DNA from: Candidatus Cloacimonadales bacterium
Lineage (GTDB): Bacteria > Cloacimonadota > Cloacimonadia > Cloacimonadales > JAFGVF01
Length of the DNA stretch: 64,000 nucleotides
Assembly (NCBI GenBank): GCA_963662585.1
Contig: OY759729.1
Location: forward strand, 704,001 to 768,000
Reading direction: 5' to 3'
The first letter of the stretch is position 1. The number at the start of each line of letters is the position of its first letter. Below the pieces are notes generated by a model. That model was not told the origin of the DNA, ran no database searches, and worked only from the letters and a program-made list of their open reading frames with translations. Made by a program: the position numbers and the translations under genes. Below, in pieces: positions 9,421 through 17,890 of this stretch.

Positions 9421-10294
9421 GATGTAAAATTAGAGCATACAGGGCATAGTCATATTTTTTAATTTTGATATTTTCCCACATAACTTTAATAAGATTCCCA
9501 GTAGAGAACTTCCAGGATAAACGGCAATCAATACATGCTGGGTTATCGCAGAAGAAGAATTGGGGATTCCTTACCCCTTCATTAACTTCCCATTCCAGAG
9601 TCTTTTTCATATCAGACACTATAATATCAGCGTCCCCAACTTTTCCTTCATAGAGAAAAGCTCCATTTTCTTTATAATTAGGAAGTAGTTTATTAAAACC
9701 TGCGACACAACCACCTGCCCAATTAACCAAGAAGAGCTTTTTAGGATTATTTGCAGTGTGATAATGAACTCCATATTTTAACCTTTTTTGTTGAAACTTG
9801 AGTAATCCGATAGCGACATGGGTGGTACCGGCACTAACAGGTTTTCCTGTCTCATCAATTCTAACCTTCTTAGCCCCCATTTCAGCCATTCTTCTTAAGA
9901 CATCATAAGCATAGCTCTCCGGAGTATGATTATCAGCAAAATCATCTGCTAGCTTTCCTATTATAGCAAATTTCTGAATGGGATGGTTACTTCTTCTAAC
10001 TTGTGGGTGTTTAAGCATAGCATTAGCTACTGCTCCAGCATAAGAAGGTGTATTTTCATCTGTTAAATAAATATTTTTACGCAGAAACTTAAGTGGCTTA
10101 ACTTTAACAAAACTATCAGTAACAATAGTTCCTTCTGGTCCAATCACCTCGAAAAAGGCAGAGATAACTGTTTCAGCTCCACCTTCTACCCAACCGATAG
10201 ATTTGAGTGAGATTTTAAGGTTTAGAATATCGCTTGATTTAATACCTGCTTTTTTTATATCTTCAATAAGTGCTTCTTTAGTAATCTTACGCAT
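9389..10294 (-). CDS. AAC(3)/Antibiotic_NAT family N-acetyltransferase
   Basis: SLKSIGWVEGGAETVI, GPEGTIV, RSNHP; C-terminal CDNPACIDC. Confidence 0.8.
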   Translation of the reverse strand: MRKITKEALIEDIKKAGIKSSDILNLKISLKSIGWVEGGAETVISAFFEVIGPEGTIVTDSFVKVKPLKFLRKNIYLTDENTPSYAGAVANAMLKHPQVRRSNHPIQKFAIIGKLADDFADNHTPESYAYDVLRRMAEMGAKKVRIDETGKPVSAGTTHVAIGLLKFQQKRLKYGVHYHTANNPKKLFLVNWAGGCVAGFNKLLPNYKENGAFLYEGKVGDADIIVSDMKKTLEWEVNEGVRNPQFFFCDNPACIDCRLSWKFSTGNLIKVMWENIKIKKYDYALYALILHLKGKYQPDRS

Positions 10295-10385
10295 TTTTTT
10301 CCATGATTTTCCTGTTTATTGTTTATCCTAAAAAAAGTATTTGCTAATTCAAATAATAGTAGATAGGACATGTCGATTTTTTTTA

Positions 10386-10436
10386 CTAACCGCTAATATC
10401 TTCAAAGCAGTTTCCAAATTTTGATTCTATCATTAT
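10386..10436 (-). pseudogene. Remnant duplicate of the 5' end of the MaoC gene
   Basis: 10399-10436 matches 12707-12744 at 36/38 nt; encodes MIESKFGNCFEDISG* versus MIESKFGNYFEDF. Confidence 0.75.
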
Positions 10437-10618
10437 ATCTCAACTCTCATATTTTTTCTCACAATATTATTAATAACCCTCTTTATTTGAAAGAGGATGG
10501 CTTATATAGTGGAAATAGCAATGTGGCTTAGGAATATTAACTCACATATGTTCAAGAAGTATAAGAATCCCATAGCTCATTTGCATGTCATTGTTAGATT
10601 TTGATTATTCCTATCAAG

Positions 10619-10641
10619 AAAAGCTCCCAATTGGGGAGCTT
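10619..10641 (-). terminator. Rho-independent terminator
   Basis: AAGCTCCC-N-GGGAGCTT stem followed by a T tract on the minus strand, 14 nt after the 10655 stop. Confidence 0.8.
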
Positions 10642-10654
10642 ATATCTTAAATTT

Positions 10655-12115
10655 CTATTTAGCTAACACTATCTTCTTGGTTAAAGAGTTATTGTTTTGT
10701 CTGACATTATAGAGATACAAACCTGAAGGACATATACTCTCATTATTGCTTTTGCTGTTCCAAATAATCGTGTGTTCTCCAGAAGTTGAGTATTCAGATA
10801 AAAGAGTTTTTACTAATTGACCTTTGATATTATAAATTTGTATTGATGTTTTGCCATCTTCTGGAAGATTGTAATTTATTGTAGTTTCAGGGTTGAATGG
10901 ATTTGGGAAAGCATTGGCTTCTATAGAAGAAGAAATTCCTGCTACTTCATAATCTTCATTGGCAACAGCATTACTTAAAGGATAAATTTGGCCTGAAGAA
11001 TTATATACATGGAGTCCATTTACATTAAGGAAAATTATAGTATCAGTCCCATCAATTTGATAGATTCCTTTTTTGGGAGCATTATTCTGGTAGTTCCCAA
11101 CTAAAGTTGCGAAAGAAGAGCCATAGTTGACACTTTTGACTATTTGGTAATTATCACAAGCGTATAGAACACCTGGATTTTGAGTATCAATATCTAAGCA
11201 ACTAAGCCCATAACCACTGAAACCATTTAAAGCAGTCCAGTTATATCCATCATCTGTAGATTTCATTATCTTCCAACAATTATTTACTTCAGAAAAGCAA
11301 TTAGCATAGATTAAGCCATTTCCAGGAAATATAAAGTCATTATTTCCATTTAAGGCAATGTGTTCATACCAATCCATACCATATGTGCTATCTACTAATG
11401 TAGTTGTGAGTCCATGATCATTCGATCTATAAAGGTTACCATTATCTTTGGCAAAGTACATTATGTTATTATCAACAGGATCAACATCTTTCAATAGCAT
11501 GTTTGTTAGCGCTACATTGTTTAAATCAAGCATTTTTAACCATGTTTTACCATTGTCTCCTGTTTGATAAATAAACTGGTCATTAGCTGGTCCTAAATAT
11601 TCATGTTCGTATGAAATGTAGATAAAGCCTTCACAATCTCTAATGATGTTATGAATATAATTTCTAGGTGATGTTACAAATTCTTCTGGGAAGAAAATGT
11701 TATATTCTAAAAATTCACTAATCTCAGTAGTTGTAGCTCGGTAGATAAAATCATAATAACTTGCTGGGTCATCATAATATCTTTTTAGGAGAAGAAGTAA
11801 ATTACCATTTAAATCTTTTACAAAGCTTCTAGTTCCATAAGATCTGAAATCGTCATAAGAGTAGTAGTAGCCAGGTATTGAATAACAACTAGTTAACTGA
11901 CTTATATAGGGAGATTGATCATCAAAAGAAATGGTTAATTTATCAAGTTTTGCATCTCTATAACCAACATTATACTCATATTCATTGTAACCTACGTATA
12001 TTTCCAATAAACCACTATCATCAAGAACTGGGAATATTTTTGAATAACTCCTAATAGCAAAAAGGCAATGTGTAATTGCTAACAATACAAAAATGACTAC
12101 AATCTTTTGTTTCAT
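10655..12115 (-). CDS. Secreted BNR/beta-propeller protein with C-terminal FlgD-Ig/T9SS type A sorting domain
   Basis: Signal peptide from ATG 12115 (AGGAGG RBS); Asp-box repeats (GDNGKTW, SNDHGLT, STDDGYNW, SVNYGSSF); C-terminal NAFPNPFNPETTI...IYNIKGQLVKTL...SGLYLY. Confidence 0.88.
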   Translation of the reverse strand: MKQKIVVIFVLLAITHCLFAIRSYSKIFPVLDDSGLLEIYVGYNEYEYNVGYRDAKLDKLTISFDDQSPYISQLTSCYSIPGYYYSYDDFRSYGTRSFVKDLNGNLLLLLKRYYDDPASYYDFIYRATTTEISEFLEYNIFFPEEFVTSPRNYIHNIIRDCEGFIYISYEHEYLGPANDQFIYQTGDNGKTWLKMLDLNNVALTNMLLKDVDPVDNNIMYFAKDNGNLYRSNDHGLTTTLVDSTYGMDWYEHIALNGNNDFIFPGNGLIYANCFSEVNNCWKIMKSTDDGYNWTALNGFSGYGLSCLDIDTQNPGVLYACDNYQIVKSVNYGSSFATLVGNYQNNAPKKGIYQIDGTDTIIFLNVNGLHVYNSSGQIYPLSNAVANEDYEVAGISSSIEANAFPNPFNPETTINYNLPEDGKTSIQIYNIKGQLVKTLLSEYSTSGEHTIIWNSKSNNESICPSGLYLYNVRQNNNSLTKKIVLAK

Positions 12116-12282
12116 TCTTCCTCCTAAAAAATTATTAATCACAAACTTATACTATTATCTCTTTATAAAAAAAACTGTCAAGTTATATCTCAGTTTTTTT
12201 TTTGCACTTTATCATAATACTGTCAATCATTTTGCCACCTTTTCACTATCTTATCTTTGAAAATTGATTATTCTAATCGTGT

Positions 12283-12741
12283 TCATTTCCTCTTAGGAAT
12301 TAAGACATTACGACGGAAGGTGAGAACTAATTCGTTATTTTGATTATAAGCTTTAGTCTCTACATAAATAATCCCTCTATCAGCCTTACTTTTTGATTCC
12401 CGAGCAGATAAAACTTCTGTTTCAGCATAGAGAGTATCGCCAATAAAGACAGGTCCATTATGCATAATATTTTCATAGTTTAAATTAGCAATTGCTTTTC
12501 CTGAGATATCGGGAACTGTCATTCCTACTACTACAGAAAAGGCCAAAGTTCCTACAACTAAGATTTTACCGTGCTGTTGGGCATTAGCATAGTCTTGATT
12601 TAGATGAACAGGATGATGATTCATAGTTAAGAGAGAGAATAGATTATTGTCTGATTCAAAGATTGTTTTAGAGAGAGCATGTCTTATTTTTTGTCCGACT
12701 TCAAAGTCTTCAAAATAGTTTCCAAATTTTGATTCTATCAT
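12283..12741 (-). CDS. MaoC-family (hot-dog fold) dehydratase
   Basis: GNYFEDFEVG, DN.LFSLLTMNHHPVH, PVFIGDTLYAETEV. Confidence 0.93.
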   Translation of the reverse strand: MIESKFGNYFEDFEVGQKIRHALSKTIFESDNNLFSLLTMNHHPVHLNQDYANAQQHGKILVVGTLAFSVVVGMTVPDISGKAIANLNYENIMHNGPVFIGDTLYAETEVLSARESKSKADRGIIYVETKAYNQNNELVLTFRRNVLIPKRK

Positions 12742-12835
12742 TATTACCTCATAATTTTTCTTTATACCAATATAATATAAGTAGGAAAAAGATTCAAGAA
12801 AAAAGTTTTATTAGTTTTGAGATGAGTGAGATTTT

Positions 12836-15537
12836 TTAAGAAAACACTCCCTATGTCCCCCTCACGGAGGGGGATTTAAGAAACACCCCGTCTGCTTCGC
12901 AGCCACCCCTCTTTTAGCGTGCCTTCAGCACTAAAGCGGGGAATTTAAGATTCACGGACTAAAGAATTGAAAAGCGTGATAATCCCTCTTCTGTCGGATT
13001 GTGGACAGCTTGTCCGCTGTGAATTGATAAATAGCAGATGAATAGTCTATAAACTTTTAGTTTCCTTCAGCAATCAAGGGGGAATTGAATAGGTAAAAAC
13101 TCTTGTTTTCTTCATTATAATAATAGCAATCTTAAATCCCGGAGGGATAACATATAATAGGGAGTGTTCGCAAGACACTCCTAAGGAAACGACCGGAAAA
13201 TAGCCCTAGAGGGGCGACATACCCTAAATGTATGAAATCAAATTAATAATTTCTTTTATAATTGACCTTATGGTTTATAAACTTTATTCACTAGCTATCA
13301 ATGAACAATATTTATTGAACCTGGCTTTATTACAAAACTAAACAATCTTGGTTTAAATGAAACCGATTGCTAGAGTATGAGTATTGAAGAAATAGTGAAA
13401 CTTAGCAAAAGATTAAGATAAAAAAGCACAATAATGATTAGGGATATTATGATGATTCTGGCAGGTCAAAGGGATATATCGCCCCTGCAGGGCTATCTTT
13501 TTTCGCGACATCTAGGAGTGTCTTGCGAGCACTCCCTATTATATGGCATCCCTTAGGGATTTAAGAGGAAACACCCCCTGTGTCCCCCTCACGGAGGGGG
13601 ATTTAAGAAACACCCCGTCTGCTTCGCAGCCACCCCTCTTTTAGCGTGCCTTCAGCACTAAAGCGGGGAATTTAAGATTCACGGACTAAAGAATTGAAAA
13701 GCGTGATAATCCCTCTTCTGTCGGATTGAGGACAGCTTGTCCGCTGTGAATTGATAAATAGCAGATGAATAGTCTATAAACTTTTAGTTTCCTTCAGCAA
13801 TCAAGGGGGAATTGAATAGGTAAAAACTCTTGTTTTCTTCATTATAATAATAGCAATCTTAAATCCCGGAGGGATAACATATAATAGGGAGTGTTCGCAA
13901 GACACTCCTAAGGAAACGACCGGAAAATAGCCCTAGAGGGGCGACATATACTGAAAATTTAGCAAACACTTGAGAAGAATCCTTTAAATCTCTTAGGGAT
14001 TTAAGAGGAATCACCCCCTGTTTCCCCCTCACGGAGGGGGATTTAAGAAAGAAGAAACAATTCGCACCTATGGAGCGATTTTTTTTTGGGGGGGGAACCT
14101 TTGTGCTACCAAGAAATAGCTCCTCTGGAGCTAGAAATTAGCACTTCAACTTCAGTACCAAAAATGGCAGTTGAAAAGCGTGATAATCCCTCTTCTGTCG
14201 GATTGTGGACAGCTTGTCCGCTGTGAATTGATAAATAGCAGATGAATAGTCTATAAACTTTTAGTTTCCTTCAGCAATCAAGGGGGAATTGAATAGGTAA
14301 AAACTCTTGTTTTCTTCATTATAATAATAGCAATCTTAAATCCCGGAGGGATAACATATAATAGGGAGTGTTCGAAAGACACTCCTAAGGAAACGACCGG
14401 AAAATAGCCCTAGAGGGGCGACATATACTGAAAATTTAGCAAACACTTGAGAAGAATCCTTTAAATCTCTTAGGGATTTAAGAGGAATCACCCCTATGTC
14501 CCCTCGCTGAGGGGGATTTAAGAAAGAAGAAACAATTCGCACCTATGGAGCGATTTTTTTTTTGGAGGGGAACCTTTGTGCTACCAAGAAATAGCTCCTC
14601 TGGAGCTAGAAATTAGCACTTCAACTTCAGTACCAAAAATGGCAGTTGAAAAGCGTGATAATCCCTCTTCTGTCGGATTGAGGACAGCTTGTCCGCTGTG
14701 AATTGGTAAATAGCAGATGAATAGTCTATAAACTTTTAGTTTCCTTCAGCAATCAAGGGGGAATTGAATAGGTAAAAACTCTTGTTTTCTTCATTATAAT
14801 AATAGCAATCTTAAATCCCGGAGGGATAACATATAATAGGGAGTGTTCGCAAGACACTCCTAAAGGTAACCACCAGAAAATAGCCCTAGAAGGGCGACAT
14901 ACCCTAAATGTATGAAATCAAATTAATAATTTCTTTTATAATTGACCTTATGATTTATGAACTTTATTCACTAGCTATCAATGAACAATATTTATTGAAC
15001 CTGGCTTTATTACAAAACTAAACTATTTTGGTTTATATGAACCAAATAGCAGAGTATGAGTATTGAAGAAATAGTGAAACTTAGCAAAAGATTAAGATAA
15101 AAAAGCACAATAATGATTAGGAATATTATGACGATTCTGGCAGGTCAAAGGGATATATCGCCCCTGCAGGGCTATCTTTTTTCGCGACATCTAGGAGTGT
15201 CTTGCGAGCACTCCCTATTATATGGCATCCCTTAGGGATTTAAGAGGAAACACCCCCTGTGTCCCCCTCACGGAGGGGGATTTAAGAAACACCCCGTCTG
15301 CTTCGCAGCCACCCCTCTTTTAGCGTGCCTTCAGCACTAAAGCGGGGAATTTAAGATTCACGGACTAAAGGTCCGTAACCCCAGTTAATACAGCCTGATG
15401 ATGGAAGCAGGGACGCTTCCATTCCATAGGAATCACCCCCTGTTTCCCCCTCGCTGAGGGGGATTTAGATTAATGGAAGCAGGGACGCTTCCATTCCATA
15501 GGAATCACCCCCTATGTCCCTTCACTGAGGGGGATTT
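12836..15537. repeat. 2.7-kb non-coding modular repeat array (order A-B-C-A-B-D-B-D-B-C-A-tail)
   Basis: Block B (~255 bp) at 12967, 13694, 14171, 14646; A (~120 bp) at 12845, 13572, 15251; C (~343 bp) at 13222, 14902; D (~220 bp) at 13949, 14426. Copies are near-identical with scattered substitutions. Confidence 0.93.
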
Positions 15538-15550
15538 GTTTTAGCAAACA

Positions 15551-15576
15551 AAAAGGGAGCTTTTTCAAGCTCCCTT
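15551..15576 (-). terminator. Rho-independent terminator of the DUF6754 operon
   Basis: AAGGGAGCTT...AAGCTCCCTT stem with T tract on the minus strand. Confidence 0.82.
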
Positions 15577-15598
15577 ATCTATTTTTAAGTAGTAATGT

Positions 15599-16195
15599 CT
15601 ATGCTAGCCAACCCTTAAAAGTGTCAGCTAAGAATTGCAATCTTCCAATAAGGAGAGATATACGAGCCATAACGGTGTAACCGAATGAAGCACCGAAACC
15701 GATCATCATATACCAGATACCAATTCTTGAGAATTTTCCATAAGCACCAGTATGGGCTTTGGAGAAGAAGAAGTAGAAAAGCACAGTGATTGTACCTAAG
15801 AAAATCAAGAATATATTGAAGCTTTCGATAGGAATCATAGCTTGTCTAACTTGCACAAGAACCATAGAGTTCATACTTTGGGTAACACCCATACCAACCA
15901 TACCCATTGAAATAGCAATAGGATATCTGGATAACCAGCCATAGGATCTGCTAAATCTGAACCAGAATAGCATACCGAATATACATGGAATAATAAAGAT
16001 AAACTTATGTTCTACAAAGATTCTTTGTAAAACAAATGGTTCAAACGCATTTTTGTATACAAGAGGTAGAACATAACCTGCTGAAACACCGACAATAAGA
16101 TATTCCGCAAATCTGTAAGCAGGATTATCCTTATACAAAAATGAGAATATAGAGAGGGTTAGAAAAACCGCAATAATTTCACCTATTAATGTCAT
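15599..16195 (-). CDS. Conserved hypothetical multi-pass membrane protein (DUF6754 operon gene 4)
   Basis: About 6 hydrophobic helices; SFLYKDNP.YRFAE...GVSAGY and GFGASFGYTVMARISLL.GR motifs; GGAGG RBS. Confidence 0.85.
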   Translation of the reverse strand: MTLIGEIIAVFLTLSIFSFLYKDNPAYRFAEYLIVGVSAGYVLPLVYKNAFEPFVLQRIFVEHKFIFIIPCIFGMLFWFRFSRSYGWLSRYPIAISMGMVGMGVTQSMNSMVLVQVRQAMIPIESFNIFLIFLGTITVLFYFFFSKAHTGAYGKFSRIGIWYMMIGFGASFGYTVMARISLLIGRLQFLADTFKGWLA

Positions 16196-16203
16196 GTTTC
16201 CTC

Positions 16204-17232
16204 CTATAAGTTTTTATTTAGTTTTTTCTTCTCTAAGAAGTAACCGATGTTACCGAGAAGAATAAAAATAATGATTAAAATATGAGCTACAGATTGAGCA
16301 TTCATACCAAGACGAGCCATTTTGAATTTTGATGGCACAGTATCTTTAGTAATATCTAAGTTTGCTAACATTTTTTCAGTAGGATTATCTAACTGACCTT
16401 TTGAGAAAGTAATGTTATTCATAGCAAACATATCTACTAAGTTTTCATATTCAGCAGCACCTTTCAAACCAGCAGTCATACCTGCACACTGACCTGATTG
16501 GAGGTAAGGATATTGGTCAGCAGCCATAACAGCAGTAAGACCAACACCAACATTAACACCGAATCTAGATCTAGCATAAACCATCCAAGAAAGACCTTGG
16601 TCACTTCCTGATGTTTCATAAACTAAGTTCATTTGAGTATAGTTTCTGATAGCAGTATCTCTGTACATTGGTAAGTTTTCAATTCTGTTACCGTCTGTAT
16701 CTGTTTCAACAGCAGCAGCAATATCATCACCCATACCAAGTAAGATAGGTAAATAAAGAGCAGCAGGTTTATAGCCAATATTGATATAATCTTTTCCTCT
16801 CTCAATTACTCTACCTGTTTTTTGGATTTCATCAGTTACTACAGATAAAGCTTCTTCAATAATAGGAGCAGCAATTTCCATAATAGTGAAAGTAAAGAAA
16901 GGAACTTTTCTATAGATACAATGTCTCATGACAGCAACTTCCATAGGGAAAAGCTCAGGCATTGTAGATGCATCATGATAGAAATCCATGAAGATTGCTC
17001 TATCTTGTTTAAAAGCATCTACCTCATCTTCACTAATGATACCATCTTCATTTAAGTCATCAGCTCTAACATAAGGAGAGTAAGAGTCGATCAACTGATA
17101 AAGATTTTCCACTGGGGTTGTCGTATATGTAACTGAGTTAAATGGAAAAATAAGTGGCATAATAATCGCAACAGCGATAAATACAAACACATATCTTCTA
17201 TCTAAGCCTTGTAAGTTTTTAATAAAATTCAT
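16204..17232 (-). CDS. Conserved hypothetical membrane-anchored protein (DUF6754 operon gene 3)
   Basis: N- and C-terminal TM helices; soluble core with YPYLQSGQ..G..AGLKGAAEYE; EF-hand-like DLNEDGIISEDE. Confidence 0.85.
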   Translation of the reverse strand: MNFIKNLQGLDRRYVFVFIAVAIIMPLIFPFNSVTYTTTPVENLYQLIDSYSPYVRADDLNEDGIISEDEVDAFKQDRAIFMDFYHDASTMPELFPMEVAVMRHCIYRKVPFFTFTIMEIAAPIIEEALSVVTDEIQKTGRVIERGKDYINIGYKPAALYLPILLGMGDDIAAAVETDTDGNRIENLPMYRDTAIRNYTQMNLVYETSGSDQGLSWMVYARSRFGVNVGVGLTAVMAADQYPYLQSGQCAGMTAGLKGAAEYENLVDMFAMNNITFSKGQLDNPTEKMLANLDITKDTVPSKFKMARLGMNAQSVAHILIIIFILLGNIGYFLEKKKLNKNL

Positions 17233-17243
17233 AATTCCTCCTA

Positions 17244-17882
17244 TTAATCTCCGCCACCAAGGTAGGTTCTTTCGATACCTAACAAGATTTTGAGTGATGT
17301 TGCCACACTACCAAGACCTACACCAAGTAAGATTCCTCTTTTTGAAGCAAGGTTTGGAACATCCATAATCCATTGAGAAATATCAAGAATGTTGATAGGC
17401 CATGTTTTAGAAATAGCCATTCCAAGTGGAACTTGACCAAGCATAATGATAATCGCAGCTACAAGTAAAACTGTAGCTTCAACAGATCTAGCGCGGAAAG
17501 ATTTATAGGCAGCAGTTGCCATGTAGAAGGCCAATAGTGAGAACATCGTAGCACTAATAGGCATCATCATATTTCTGAAAATCCATTGTGCAGGTGTTCC
17601 TGACTGAGTACCATAGACAAAACCAACTGTAGCAGTAACTACAAGTCCGATTATAGTAACAAATGAGTATCCCCATTTAGGAGCTTTCATTCTAATTCTA
17701 CTATAATGCATACTAACGAGACTATAAATACCAAGTACAACAGCAAATGGTGACATAGTTTTAGTAAATTCAATAAAAGCGGTGTAGAAATCATCTTGCA
17801 TCCACTTAGCAGGAATAAAAGTCCATCCTACAAAGATAAATCCAAGAATAATTACTATCGCTAAAGGTATATTTTTTTTCAT
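17244..17882 (-). CDS. Conserved hypothetical multi-pass membrane protein (DUF6754 operon gene 2)
   Basis: About 6 TM helices; TMFSLLAFY.ATAAYKSFRARS.EA, W...VPN.A..RGI.LG..LG, ending GIER.YLG. Confidence 0.85.
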   Translation of the reverse strand: MKKNIPLAIVIILGFIFVGWTFIPAKWMQDDFYTAFIEFTKTMSPFAVVLGIYSLVSMHYSRIRMKAPKWGYSFVTIIGLVVTATVGFVYGTQSGTPAQWIFRNMMMPISATMFSLLAFYMATAAYKSFRARSVEATVLLVAAIIIMLGQVPLGMAISKTWPINILDISQWIMDVPNLASKRGILLGVGLGSVATSLKILLGIERTYLGGGD

Positions 17883-17890
17883 TTAAACTC

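Noticed and set aside
9389..10294. AAC(3) gene (and the Eis-like gene at 46612) as antibiotic-resistance determinants
   Set aside because: Family membership alone does not show resistance; both are divergent and lack a mobile context
12836..15537. CRISPR array or integron cassette array
   Set aside because: Repeats are 120-340 bp, intervening blocks are themselves repeated rather than unique, and there are no cas genes, attC-like ends or cassette ORFs
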